A stretch of DNA of 64,000 nt, taken from NCBI GenBank assembly GCA_964424195.1, contig CAYRHT010000003.1, forward strand, positions 112,396 to 176,395, in the 5' to 3' direction. The notes beneath the pieces were generated by a model. It was not told where the DNA came from. It searched no databases and was given only the letters and a program-made list of their open reading frames with translations. The position numbers were made by a program, and so were the translations under genes. Source of the stretch: an uncultured Gammaproteobacteria bacterium (GTDB taxonomy: Bacteria; Patescibacteriota; Patescibacteriia; UBA1558; S5-K13). Below are positions 39,623 through 49,593 of the stretch, piece by piece. Positions within the stretch are counted from its first letter, which is position 1. Each line of letters starts with the position of its first letter.

Positions 39623-40389
39623 TAGAAATTGAATCAAAAGATAATTCAAAGATTAAACATCTAAGAAAGTTAAGTAATAAGAAATATCGGAATGAATATT
39701 CTGAGTTTTTAGTTGAGAACTTTGTGACTATTAAAGATGCTTTTCAAGATGGTTTTAAATTTAAACAACTCTTTCTAAGTTCTAAATTCTTAGAGAAAAA
39801 CAAAGCAGAAATTGAAAATATGTTAGTAGAGGAGACTTACTTAATTGATGAACGAATAAATGAAAGTTTTTCTAATCTAGACACTGCTTCTGGTATTTGT
39901 GCTATATATGACAAATTAGAAACTAAAATTGATTTTGAAAAACCAATCATCTATCTCAATGCTCTTAATGATCCTGGTAATCTAGGTACAATCTTACGAT
40001 CAGCTCTAGCTTTTGAATTAAAAAATATAGTTTGTGATGAACATTGTGTGGATTTGTATAATCCTAAGGTAATTAGTGCTTCTAAAGATGCTATTTTTAA
40101 ACTAAATATTAAAGTTGATCAAAACTTAGAATTATTAAAAGAAATAAAAAAGAAGATGAAAGTTTTTTCTACTAGATTAGAAGAATCTAGTAATTTAAGT
40201 ACTTTAGAGAAAGAAAAGAAGTTTTGTTTAATTCTAGGTAATGAGTCTCATGGAGTATCTCAAGAGCTACAAGACTTGTCAGATGGTCATATAAAGATTA
40301 AGATGAATGCAGAAATAGAATCTTTAAATGTAGCTAACTCAGCAGCAATTATATTTCATTATATTTACAATACCCTTCAGGGTAAATAA
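39619..40389 (+). CDS. SpoU/TrmH-family RNA 2'-O-methyltransferase (RlmB-like)
   Basis: SPOUT motifs LNDPGNLGTILRSALAF, LILGNESHGVS, LNVANSAAII. Confidence 0.85.
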   Translation: MIEIESKDNSKIKHLRKLSNKKYRNEYSEFLVENFVTIKDAFQDGFKFKQLFLSSKFLEKNKAEIENMLVEETYLIDERINESFSNLDTASGICAIYDKLETKIDFEKPIIYLNALNDPGNLGTILRSALAFELKNIVCDEHCVDLYNPKVISASKDAIFKLNIKVDQNLELLKEIKKKMKVFSTRLEESSNLSTLEKEKKFCLILGNESHGVSQELQDLSDGHIKIKMNAEIESLNVANSAAIIFHYIYNTLQGK

Positions 40390-40427
40390 AATAAATAATC
40401 CTTATATTAAATAAGGATGCAGGAGGA

Positions 40428-40616
40428 ATGATGGTTACACCAGTAGAAGCAGCATTTACATTGGGAGAAGAAGATTGTCGTTTATCTGGAACAATTAAAA
40501 AATTACATTGTACAGAATGTGGGAAAACAGTTCTTCATTCAACTGGCATAAAAAAAGAAGGAGGCGAGGAAGTTAAGTCATGCATATCCTGTGGGAAAAC
40601 AACTATTATAGAATAG
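40428..40616 (+). CDS. Small zinc-ribbon protein (62 aa)
   Basis: CTECGK...CISCGK double CxxC. AGGAGG RBS. Followed by a terminator. Confidence 0.5.
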   Translation: MMVTPVEAAFTLGEEDCRLSGTIKKLHCTECGKTVLHSTGIKKEGGEEVKSCISCGKTTIIE

Positions 40617-40632
40617 TTATCAAATCATTTTA

Positions 40633-40656
40633 AAGGGATCCTAGATCCCTTTTTTT
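40633..40656 (+). terminator. Intrinsic terminator
   Basis: AGGGATC / GATCCCT stem followed by TTTTTTT. Confidence 0.65.
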
Positions 40657-40706
40657 CTTAGGTAAATTAGGATATAATGAAGACTGATAATAAATAAAAT
40701 AATAGT

Positions 40707-41024
40707 ATGAAGATTAAAAAAATCAAACCATATTTAATGGGATTATTTCAAGCTCTAGGAATTTCTGCCTATTGTATTCTAGTAGTATTGTTTTTTAAAG
40801 TAATGGAAAATAGTAATCTCCAACCTAATCAAATGGTTGTTGGAGCTCTAGTATTAATTGTTTTAGTATTATCTGCTGCTATTTGTGGTTTAATTGTCTT
40901 TGGTCGACCTTTGTATCTAGTAATTAACAAAAAGGTTAAAGAAGCTTTGATTATTCTTAGTTATACCTTCCTTTATCTCTTAGCTATTATTCTAATTATT
41001 ATCTTCTTACTTCATTTAAATTAA
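40707..41024 (+). CDS. Small membrane protein (3 TM)
   Basis: Hydrophobic ORF. Confidence 0.45.
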   Translation: MKIKKIKPYLMGLFQALGISAYCILVVLFFKVMENSNLQPNQMVVGALVLIVLVLSAAICGLIVFGRPLYLVINKKVKEALIILSYTFLYLLAIILIIIFLLHLN

Positions 41025-41027
41025 TAT

Positions 41028-41486
41028 ATGTTAGATATTAAAATAGTTTCTATTGGTAAGGTAAAAGAAGAGTATTTTAATAATGCTATTCAAGAGTATT
41101 TAAAAAGATTAAAACCCTATGCTAGAATAGAGTTTTTAGAATTAAAAGCAGAGTCTTTTAATGAATCAAATAAAGAAGTTATTAGAGAAGTTGAAAGTAA
41201 AAAGATAATTAAAACTTTAGAAAAGTATCATCAGAATGAAGTATTTTTACTTCATGAGACAGGAAAAGCATTAAATTCCTTAGAATTTTCTAAGTTTATA
41301 GATCAAAATCAGAAAATTATCCTAGTTATTGGTGGTTCCTTGGGTTTTTCTGAGGAATTATTAAGTAAATATCAACAAATATCCCTCTCTAAGCTAACTT
41401 TCTTACATGAAATGGTTAAAGTTATCTTATTAGAACAAATATATCGTGCAGTTACTATTTTAAAATCTAAAAATTATCATCATTAA
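41028..41486 (+). CDS. rlmH: 23S rRNA (pseudouridine1915-N3)-methyltransferase RlmH
   Basis: Typical RlmH/YbeA SPOUT sequence: ...LVIGGSLGFSEEL...LSLSKLTFLHEMVKVILLEQIYRA. Confidence 0.9.
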   Translation: MLDIKIVSIGKVKEEYFNNAIQEYLKRLKPYARIEFLELKAESFNESNKEVIREVESKKIIKTLEKYHQNEVFLLHETGKALNSLEFSKFIDQNQKIILVIGGSLGFSEELLSKYQQISLSKLTFLHEMVKVILLEQIYRAVTILKSKNYHH

Positions 41487-41500
41487 AAAAAGAAGCATCC

Positions 41501-42088
41501 TTAGGATGCTTCCATAATTTTAGAAATTTTTTCATTTAGGTATATTAAGAATAATTTAGCTTCTTCTTTTTTTACTCCTAAATTTTTAAGTTCATAAAGT
41601 TTGGTGTTTATAATTTTATTTAATACACCAATAATTGAATAATCTTCTATTATTTCTTCCGATTTTTTAATTTTTATTTCTAAATTATAATCTTTTCTTA
41701 ATTCAGATAAAAAAATATGAAAATCTTGTTCGGGCAAATCTTTAACAGAATTTAAAATTCGAATTACGTTTTCTCTAATTTGAACTTTTTTAATTTCTAC
41801 TTTTTTTGGTTCTTTTTGTAATTTTTCAATAGCTATTTTACAAATTTTTTCAATTTCAAAATCCAACTTATCCTCGATGGTTTGAGTCTCTTCATTTTCT
41901 CGCATTATCTTTTCTAAAACATTTAATATTTTTGAATTGCAAGATTTAGGAAATTCATCAAATTCAGAAATTATAAACAAAACTATAGTAATTGGTGTCC
42001 AAGAATTGAATTGATCTAATTCCTTCTCTAAAGAAACATCTTTTTGAATAATTTTTAAAATGAAATCACAGAAAACCTTATTAATCAT
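41501..42088 (-). CDS. Hypothetical protein (195 aa)
   Basis: ORF. No recognisable family. Confidence 0.45.
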   Translation of the reverse strand: MINKVFCDFILKIIQKDVSLEKELDQFNSWTPITIVLFIISEFDEFPKSCNSKILNVLEKIMRENEETQTIEDKLDFEIEKICKIAIEKLQKEPKKVEIKKVQIRENVIRILNSVKDLPEQDFHIFLSELRKDYNLEIKIKKSEEIIEDYSIIGVLNKIINTKLYELKNLGVKKEEAKLFLIYLNEKISKIMEAS

Positions 42089-42215
42089 TTTTCCTCCTGT
42101 TTTTTTGTTTGATTATATAAATTACTCTAAATATTACAACTTGTCAAGATATTTAATTTGACACGATATAGTAAATAATCTAAAGTAAAATAAATTAAAT
42201 AAAAAAGGAGGATTT

Positions 42216-42785
42216 ATGAAAGGGAGATCTTGGATCACTGGGATGTTGGTTTTAATTTTAACTATCGGTTCATTTATTGTAATTTATCACTTCTTAAATG
42301 AAGAAGGTTTTAGTAGAATTCAGAAAGAACGGGCATTTGTAATTACAAATATTATAATTATAGTTACTTGTAGTATCATTAGTAGTGAAAAGAAATTATC
42401 TTATCTGACCCTTAAGCTAGTACTTTTTGCTATACCAGTTTATTTTATAGTCACTCTACCTATCATACCAGTTTTGGTATCTTATGTGTTTTTTATTGCT
42501 ATAACTGTAGTCTTAACTTTATCCGGTATTATAAAGATTGGAAAATATTTTAAAGCTAATCTTGTCATTTCTGGAACCACTGTTTTTCTACTCTTACTTT
42601 CTTTTAGGATTAATAGTTTTTTTATAGCAAGATCTATGGTTATTATTCTCTGTATTCTGGTCGTTATAACTACAATAACTATGATTATACTTGCTATAAT
42701 CAATGCTATAACTAATTTTGTTGATCCGAAATTTGGAGAAAAATTAGATGAAAAATGGGCTCCTGCTCAAGAATGTGAAGTATAG
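42216..42785 (+). CDS. Membrane protein (about 5 TM)
   Basis: Hydrophobic ORF with GGAGG RBS. Confidence 0.5.
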   Translation: MKGRSWITGMLVLILTIGSFIVIYHFLNEEGFSRIQKERAFVITNIIIIVTCSIISSEKKLSYLTLKLVLFAIPVYFIVTLPIIPVLVSYVFFIAITVVLTLSGIIKIGKYFKANLVISGTTVFLLLLSFRINSFFIARSMVIILCILVVITTITMIILAIINAITNFVDPKFGEKLDEKWAPAQECEV

Positions 42786-42822
42786 TAGGGATAAAAATTA
42801 AATGTTAGTAATTAAAATGCTG

Positions 42823-42842
42823 AAGTAATTCAGCATTTTTTA
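42823..42842 (+). terminator. Intrinsic terminator
   Basis: ATGCTGAA / TTCAGCAT stem plus a T-run. Confidence 0.6.
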
Positions 42843-42912
42843 TTTGTAAAAATATTTTGTATATTTTTACAAAATTCATTATACTTAAGTAGTTGAATAA
42901 ATAAAATAAATT

Positions 42913-43686
42913 ATGGATAAATATCAAAAAGTTGCTCTAAAAGTAGCAAGAGAATCTAGTAAAGTATTAATTGAAAAGTATAATAATTTTAATCGAGGAG
43001 ATGTTAAACTTAAATCAGCTCATGAAATTGTCACTAAATATGATGTACTTTCCGAGAAGATAATTTTGGCTGGAATTAAGAAGAATTTTCCTGATCATGC
43101 TATTTTTTCAGAAGAAAAAGGTCGGAATAACAAGAAATCAGACTATCTATGGTTAATTGATCCTATTGATGGAACTACTAATTTCTCAATGCATAATCCA
43201 ATTTGGTCAATATCTATCGCTTTAGCATACAAAGGAGAGATTATCATGGGCTTAGTTTTTGCTCCGATTTTAAGAGAAATATTCATGGCCTCTAAGGGAA
43301 AAGGAGCCTTTATGAATGGTAAAAGAATTAAAGTTTCCAATGTAAATTCTGGTAAAGTCTTAAATACTTTTTGTCATGGTAGTAATATTAAAGACATTAA
43401 AAGAGCAATTAAATATTATACTCAGCAAAAACTAAATCATTTAGATTGTCGTCAATTAGGTAGTGCTGCTATTGAATCATCTTATGTAGCTTGTGGGAGA
43501 ATAGAATCAATTGCTATTCCTGGAGTCAATTCTTATGATGTTGGAGCTGGAGTTTTAATAGTCAGAGAAGCTGGTGGAATAGTTTCTGACTTCAAAGGAA
43601 AAGAATGGAATTTAAAATCTAAAGACATCTTAGCAAGTAATAAAAAGGTTCATAAATCTCTTTTAAAATCTTTAAAAAATATCTAG
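42913..43686 (+). CDS. suhB: Inositol monophosphatase family protein (SuhB-like)
   Basis: WLIDPIDGTTNF and the downstream IMPase motifs. Confidence 0.85.
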   Translation: MDKYQKVALKVARESSKVLIEKYNNFNRGDVKLKSAHEIVTKYDVLSEKIILAGIKKNFPDHAIFSEEKGRNNKKSDYLWLIDPIDGTTNFSMHNPIWSISIALAYKGEIIMGLVFAPILREIFMASKGKGAFMNGKRIKVSNVNSGKVLNTFCHGSNIKDIKRAIKYYTQQKLNHLDCRQLGSAAIESSYVACGRIESIAIPGVNSYDVGAGVLIVREAGGIVSDFKGKEWNLKSKDILASNKKVHKSLLKSLKNI

Positions 43687-43777
43687 AATTTAGATGGACA
43701 AAATCATCATATTCTGCTAAACTAACTGGTATAAAAACTATAGTATAGCTATAGTTTCTTTAATAATAAATTCTACT

Positions 43778-45208
43778 ATGACTAGCTTAAAAGCAAAAGA
43801 TATTACATCTTCGGTTGGTAAAGTTGGTAAGTCTGTAAGAAAAGTTACTAAAAGAATAGCAAAACCTTTTCATCCTAAAAAAAGGAATTTAAAGAAGCTA
43901 ACTATTGGATTAGAAGCTGAGTTTTTTATTTTAGATAAAAAAGGGAAAATAGTTGACAAAGCAGATGTTATCTTGAATAAATTAAATAAAAAGAAGCATA
44001 TTCTTGGTTCAGAGATAGTTAAAGAAGTTGGTAAATCTATGATTGAAGTTGGTTCATATCCTCATGAATCTAGTGTTGATACTATGCAATCTCTGATTAA
44101 AAACATAAAAACTCTAATCTATGTAGCTGATGAAGAAGGTTTAAGATTATGCCCTTTAGGTACCTATCCAGGTAAATTTACTCCTCAAGTTAGAACAGAT
44201 GCTAGATACAAAACTAAGGAAATATTATTAGGTAAAAAGAGATTTATGAAATCCGCTACTGCCTGTGGTTTTCATTTACATTCTGAACTTCCTTGGGGTG
44301 TTTTTGATAAAAAGAAATTAAAATTAAAAAGATTAATTAATTCTAAGAATAAGGAATGTTTAGTTAATGCCTATAACTTCTTAATTGCTATTGATCCAGC
44401 TATATCTACTTTCATGCAATCTTCTCCTTTCTATCAAGGAAAATACATGGGAAAAGATTCTCGAATGTTAATCTATCGTGGTAGTCAAGAATTAGAACAT
44501 TCAGATGCTTTGTATTACAATTTTCCTCAATTTGGTGGTCTACCTTCCTACAAACATACTGGAACTAATATTATTGACCTCATTGATCAAAAATACAAAG
44601 AGTGGTTTAAACTTTTAAAAGATCTTAAAATTACTAAAGCTAATTTGCCAAAATACAGATCAATCTTAGAAGTTGGTTGGACTCCAGTGAAAGTGAATGC
44701 TCATGGAACTTTAGAACAAAGAGGGATGGATATGAATCATCTTTTAATTATGCTTTCTGTCTCTGTGGTTTTAAGAAGAATTTTAAGAGCTATTCAAGAT
44801 GGAAATTACAAAGTAGTTGCTTCTGATATTGCTATCAAAGAACCTTTTAAATTAGATAAAAAGACAATATATATTCCTCCAGACATCTATGTTAAGAATG
44901 AATTACAAAGAGCTAGTGCTTATGAAGGTTTAGCTAATGAAAAACTGTGGTACTATTGTAAACGATTTTTACATCTTTCTAAAATGTTGGACAAGAAGTC
45001 TGTAAATGGTTTCTTTAAAACTTTAGAAGAAATGATTGAAAAGAAAGAAACTGTTTCAGACCAAATCATTAAACAAGCTAAGAAATTAGGTCATAAAGAT
45101 TTAACTAAAGACTTACCTAATGATATTGCTGCTGAAATAGCTTTAGAACATTCTAAACAATTGTTTCAAGAGATAGTTTTAGCTGAGAAATATGCTAATG
45201 AAATTTAA
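43778..45208 (+). CDS. Glutamate--cysteine ligase family 2 (GCS2) / carboxylate-amine ligase-like protein
   Basis: IGLEAEFFILD N-terminal motif typical of the GCS2/YbdK family. About 100 aa longer than YbdK. Confidence 0.55.
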   Translation: MTSLKAKDITSSVGKVGKSVRKVTKRIAKPFHPKKRNLKKLTIGLEAEFFILDKKGKIVDKADVILNKLNKKKHILGSEIVKEVGKSMIEVGSYPHESSVDTMQSLIKNIKTLIYVADEEGLRLCPLGTYPGKFTPQVRTDARYKTKEILLGKKRFMKSATACGFHLHSELPWGVFDKKKLKLKRLINSKNKECLVNAYNFLIAIDPAISTFMQSSPFYQGKYMGKDSRMLIYRGSQELEHSDALYYNFPQFGGLPSYKHTGTNIIDLIDQKYKEWFKLLKDLKITKANLPKYRSILEVGWTPVKVNAHGTLEQRGMDMNHLLIMLSVSVVLRRILRAIQDGNYKVVASDIAIKEPFKLDKKTIYIPPDIYVKNELQRASAYEGLANEKLWYYCKRFLHLSKMLDKKSVNGFFKTLEEMIEKKETVSDQIIKQAKKLGHKDLTKDLPNDIAAEIALEHSKQLFQEIVLAEKYANEI

Positions 45209-45211
45209 ATT

Positions 45212-47053
45212 ATGTGTGGTATTATAGGGTATATAGGTAAAAAACAAGCAGTTCCAGTCCTTATTAAAGGATTAGAAAGATTAGAATACCGCGGATATGA
45301 TTCGGCGGGTTTTGTTATTTTACAGGAGAAAAATTTAAAAACAGTTAAAGAAATTGGTAAAATTAAAGAGTTGAAAAAGAAGATTAAAAAAGATAAATTT
45401 GATTCCCATATTGGTATTGCTCATACTCGTTGGGCTACTCATGGTCAACCATCAGAAGTAAATGCTCATCCTCATTCTGATTGTCATAATGAAATATCTA
45501 TCGTTCATAATGGTATTATAGAGAATTATCGATCTTTACGATCTGAATTAATTAAAAGAGGTCATAAATTCCTTTCTGAGACAGATTCAGAAGTAATTGC
45601 TCATTTAATTGAAGAAATGCCTGGAGAAACTTTGTTAGCTAAAGTGCAATTAGCTACTAAAAAACTTAAAGGAGCTTATGGTATTTTAGTAATAGCTAAT
45701 GACTTTCCAGATGAAATTATTGTAGTTCGGAATGGTAGTCCCATACTTTTAGGCTTAGGTAAGAATGAAAATTTTGTAGTTTCTGATGCCGCTGCATTAT
45801 TGGGCTATACTAAGAAAGTTATTTACTTAGAAGATAAACAAATAGTAGAATTAAAAGCAGACTCACACCAAATTGTAGATTTTTCTGAAAAGGTAATTAA
45901 ATCCAAAATAAATGAAATTGATTGGGATTTAGGAGAAATAGAAAAAGCTGGTTATGATCATTTTATGCTTAAAGAAATCCATGAACAATCTCAAAGTATT
46001 AGAGATACTATTGCTGGTCGAGTAAGAGAAGACCAAATAAAATTAGGTGGTATTAAGAATAGATTTAATGAATTATTAGATTCAGAAAATATAATTTTCT
46101 CAGCTTGTGGAACATCTTGGCATGCTTGTTTAATAGGAGAGATTCTTTTTGAAATTTTAGCTGGTAAACCAGCAGAGGTTACTTATGCTTCTGAATTAGT
46201 TAGTGCTGTTCAGCCTCAATTTTCTAAAAAATCAGTAATGATTGTTACTAGTCAATCTGGTGAAACTAAAGATACTGATTTGGCTGTTCAAAAAATGCAG
46301 GATAAAGATATGCCAGTTTTTGGAATTTGTAATGTTGTTGGTTCAACTATTGCTCGAAGATGTGGCGCTGGAATATATACTCATGCTGGTCCAGAAATCG
46401 GTGTTGCTTCTACCAAAGCTTTTAGTACTCAAATTATTGCTTTGTTAATGATGGCTTTTAATATTGGTGATGAAACTGACTTTATTAACAAAAACTTTCC
46501 TAAAGATTGGAAACTTGGCTTTCTAAAAGAAATATTGAAAATACCAGAACAAATTCAAGAAATATTGAAAGGGGAGGCGGAAGTTAAGAAATTAGCTAAA
46601 TTATTATACCAAAAAACAAACTTTCTCTTTTTAGGAAGAGGAATCAATTTCCCAGTTGCTTTAGAAGGAGCTTTAAAACTTAAAGAAATATCATATATTC
46701 ATGCTGAAGGTTATCCAGCTGCAGAAATGAAACATGGTCCAATTGCTTTAATTGATGAAAATATGCCAGTAATATTCATCGCACCAAAGAGTGATGCTGT
46801 TTATTCTAAAATATGTTCTAATATTGAAGAAGTAAGAGCTCGTAAAGGTATTGTTATTGTAATTGCTACTGAAGGTGATCAATATATTCAGAAAATAGCT
46901 GATCATGTTATCTATGTACCAGAAACATCTTGGCTTTTAACTCCTATTCTAAATACTATTCCTTTACAATTACTAGCCTATCATATAGCTGTTTTAAAAG
47001 GTTGCAATGTAGATCAACCTCGTAATCTAGCTAAGTCAGTAACAGTAGAGTAG
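45212..47053 (+). CDS. glmS: Glutamine--fructose-6-phosphate aminotransferase (isomerizing)
   Basis: MCGIIGYIG N-terminal nucleophile and two SIS domains. C-terminal ...KSVTVE. Confidence 0.97.
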   Translation: MCGIIGYIGKKQAVPVLIKGLERLEYRGYDSAGFVILQEKNLKTVKEIGKIKELKKKIKKDKFDSHIGIAHTRWATHGQPSEVNAHPHSDCHNEISIVHNGIIENYRSLRSELIKRGHKFLSETDSEVIAHLIEEMPGETLLAKVQLATKKLKGAYGILVIANDFPDEIIVVRNGSPILLGLGKNENFVVSDAAALLGYTKKVIYLEDKQIVELKADSHQIVDFSEKVIKSKINEIDWDLGEIEKAGYDHFMLKEIHEQSQSIRDTIAGRVREDQIKLGGIKNRFNELLDSENIIFSACGTSWHACLIGEILFEILAGKPAEVTYASELVSAVQPQFSKKSVMIVTSQSGETKDTDLAVQKMQDKDMPVFGICNVVGSTIARRCGAGIYTHAGPEIGVASTKAFSTQIIALLMMAFNIGDETDFINKNFPKDWKLGFLKEILKIPEQIQEILKGEAEVKKLAKLLYQKTNFLFLGRGINFPVALEGALKLKEISYIHAEGYPAAEMKHGPIALIDENMPVIFIAPKSDAVYSKICSNIEEVRARKGIVIVIATEGDQYIQKIADHVIYVPETSWLLTPILNTIPLQLLAYHIAVLKGCNVDQPRNLAKSVTVE

Positions 47054-47074
47054 ATTTAAAGATAATATTTCTTA

Positions 47075-47098
47075 AAACAACCTTTAAGGTTGTTTTTT
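47075..47098 (+). terminator. Intrinsic terminator after glmS
   Basis: ACAACC / GGTTGT stem plus TTTTTT. Confidence 0.6.
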
Positions 47099-47100
47099 GT

Positions 47101-47129
47101 TTGACATTATTCATAATGTGTGATATATT
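47101..47129 (+). promoter_or_regulatory. Sigma70-type promoter TTGACA-N17-TATATT. Shares 25 nt with the promoter at 49521.
   Basis: TTGACATTATTCATAAT is identical at 47101 and 49521, each directly after a terminator and upstream of a T9SS-CTD gene. Confidence 0.6.
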
Positions 47130-47259
47130 AAGACATCGTTCTTTGAAAATAATCATTACTAATTAGTAATGTATATATAAATTAATAGTTAAAATGAAGT
47201 AAATATAATCGTTAACCAAAAGAAGAAAGACGAGCAAGGAGCTCGCAAAAGGAGAAAAG

Positions 47260-49467
47260 ATGAAAAAGTTAACATTAGTCACACTGTTAGTAGCAATCTT
47301 AATAGTTGCAGGAAATTTGGTAGCACAAGTAAATTTGTATTCTACAAGTGAAACTGTGAATTGTGGACCGGACATTGTCAATCAAATGAACTTATATTTT
47401 GAAATCAGTGGCGGTGATCAAGTAACATCAATAACAATGAAGTATGATGGAATTGATGTTGGTTGGCTTGATTATGATAGATTTTCCAATATAGAAACTG
47501 GTGAAAGAATTAACTGTTCAGTTTTTTCTGATAATATTAATCAAGAAAAGGTGGTAACATTTATAGAACCTCTTACTGGATTTATTGGTATTACATCTAC
47601 AACAACTGTTTTTCTGCATAATACGCCAAGCTTTCATCCTTATATTGAAAGTGCTGAAGACATAGAATCTTCATCTGGAAATGTAAATGGTATTTTTCCT
47701 CTTATTGGAAATAATATTTACATATATGGAAATCTCTTTAACGTAATGGGAGATACTATTCAAAGTGGAATTAATTCTGCTCAAAATGGAGATGTGGTTT
47801 TGGTTCAATCAGATATTTATTATGAAAATCTAACTTTAGTAGATAAGGATATTAGAATTATATCTATGAATGAACTTTTAGGACCTACTTATCCAATTGG
47901 AGAAACTATTATCAATGGTAATAGTTCCGGAAGATGTTTTACTGCTAATTTCAGTAGCTTTGAAATAGCTGGCTTCACTTTTACAGACGGAGTTACTTCT
48001 GATAATGGTGGTGGAATCAACATAGATATGTGTCATAATTCTGTCATAAGAAATTGCTTGATAATAGGTAATCAAACTACTAACGGTTATAATGGTTCGG
48101 GCGTTTATATGAGTTATAGTAATAACGTTACTATTTCAAATGTAGAAATATCGGATAATTCTGCAACTGGCTTTGGTGGTGGAGTTGCCTGTCACAATTC
48201 AAGTGTTGATATAGTTGAAAATTGTCATATAGCAAACAATGAATCTAATGATAACGGTGGTGGATTATATGCATTCAATAGTGAAATTTTTCTTAAAGAT
48301 ACTTTTGTTATGGAGAATCAATCAAATAATTGTGGTGGTGGATTATATACAGAAAGCTCAGAATTAAACATTGATTCATATGTAGAATTCAATAGTAATT
48401 CAACTCAATATCAAGGTGGTGGTATTTATGCTGAATCTTGTACTCTTCAAATTTATGGATCTAATTTCTTTGAAAATGAAGCCGAAACTGCCGGAGCATT
48501 AGCTTTAATCTATTCTCCTTCTGAAATAGAAGGATGTTTCTTTGTTGGAAATCAAGCTAATAGTTTAGCTGGTGGAGTATTTAACTCACATGGCAATATT
48601 TCTATAAAACATTGTGAGTTTAGTAATAATATTGCTACTTGGACAAGCGGCGGAGCATTCTACAATCAATATAGTGAATTTACTATTGAAAAATGTTTAT
48701 TTCATGATAATCGTTCTGGTATTATGACCGGTGGTGGTAGTGCTATTTTCTTAAATGAAAGTGAAAATGGAAAAATCATTGGTACAACTATAGCACATAA
48801 TTATCCAGTTGAAGGTCAAGATTTTTGCCCCGTGATTTATAGTCACGACTCTGAAGAAACCTTATTACTGAATTCTGTTATTTATCAAAACATTGGACCT
48901 TCGGTTGCTGGAAATTCTCCTGTTCGATGTGTTCATTCAGATTTGTATGGAAATAATGGTGATTGGACTGAAAATACTATTGATGATCAAGGTAATATTT
49001 CTTTAAACCCTCAATTCACTCCTTATTACTTGCCCGAACAAAATTCACCTTGCATTGATACTGGAATTGACTATTTTGAATGGAATGGAGAAGTTTATGA
49101 AGTGCCGGAATATAACGATTTTGCTCCAGACATGGGATTTAGAGAAACCAATTATCCTGTATTTGTAAATCCTGAAGGAATTCCTGAGGTCAAAACAAAT
49201 CTTATCGGAAATTACCCAAATCCATTTAATCCGTCAACTGCTATCAATTTCAACGTCGCTAAACAAAGTGATGTTGAACTATCAATCTACAATGTCAAAG
49301 GTCAGAAAGTTACAACTTTAGTGAATGAGCAAATTAATGCTGGTTCACATACAAGAATATGGAACGGAACTGATCAAAACAACAATGCTGTATCTTCCGG
49401 AGTTTATTTCTACAAATTAACTTCTGATAGATACAGTGAAATCAAAAAGATGATCTTAGCTAAATAA
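47260..49467 (+). CDS. Secreted right-handed parallel beta-helix repeat protein with T9SS (Por) C-terminal sorting domain
   Basis: Signal peptide. Many NxGGG(I/L)Y-type beta-helix repeats. C-terminal NYPNPFNPSTAINFNV...IYNVKGQKV...SGVYFYKLT...KKMILAK matches the TIGR04183-type CTD. Confidence 0.85.
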   Translation: MKKLTLVTLLVAILIVAGNLVAQVNLYSTSETVNCGPDIVNQMNLYFEISGGDQVTSITMKYDGIDVGWLDYDRFSNIETGERINCSVFSDNINQEKVVTFIEPLTGFIGITSTTTVFLHNTPSFHPYIESAEDIESSSGNVNGIFPLIGNNIYIYGNLFNVMGDTIQSGINSAQNGDVVLVQSDIYYENLTLVDKDIRIISMNELLGPTYPIGETIINGNSSGRCFTANFSSFEIAGFTFTDGVTSDNGGGINIDMCHNSVIRNCLIIGNQTTNGYNGSGVYMSYSNNVTISNVEISDNSATGFGGGVACHNSSVDIVENCHIANNESNDNGGGLYAFNSEIFLKDTFVMENQSNNCGGGLYTESSELNIDSYVEFNSNSTQYQGGGIYAESCTLQIYGSNFFENEAETAGALALIYSPSEIEGCFFVGNQANSLAGGVFNSHGNISIKHCEFSNNIATWTSGGAFYNQYSEFTIEKCLFHDNRSGIMTGGGSAIFLNESENGKIIGTTIAHNYPVEGQDFCPVIYSHDSEETLLLNSVIYQNIGPSVAGNSPVRCVHSDLYGNNGDWTENTIDDQGNISLNPQFTPYYLPEQNSPCIDTGIDYFEWNGEVYEVPEYNDFAPDMGFRETNYPVFVNPEGIPEVKTNLIGNYPNPFNPSTAINFNVAKQSDVELSIYNVKGQKVTTLVNEQINAGSHTRIWNGTDQNNNAVSSGVYFYKLTSDRYSEIKKMILAK

Positions 49468-49487
49468 CTTAGTTGAGATTGCAATAT

Positions 49488-49518
49488 ACGAGCTTAGAGA
49501 AATCTGAGCTCGTTTTTT
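49488..49518 (+). terminator. Intrinsic terminator
   Basis: ACGAGCT / AGCTCGT stem, 12-nt loop, TTTTTT. Confidence 0.6.
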
Positions 49519-49520
49519 AT

Positions 49521-49549
49521 TTGACATTATTCATAATTCATGATAATTT
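49521..49549 (+). promoter_or_regulatory. Sigma70-type promoter TTGACA-N17-TAATTT (duplicate of the one at 47101)
   Basis: See 47101 promoter. Confidence 0.55.
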
Positions 49550-49593
49550 ATTATGATACTTTTTAAAAAAATAAAAGAAAAATAGGAGGAAAA

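Noticed and set aside
45150-45215. glmS ribozyme upstream of glmS
   Set aside because: glmS starts 3 nt after the preceding gene. There is no room for the ~170-nt ribozyme and no matching conserved core sequence.
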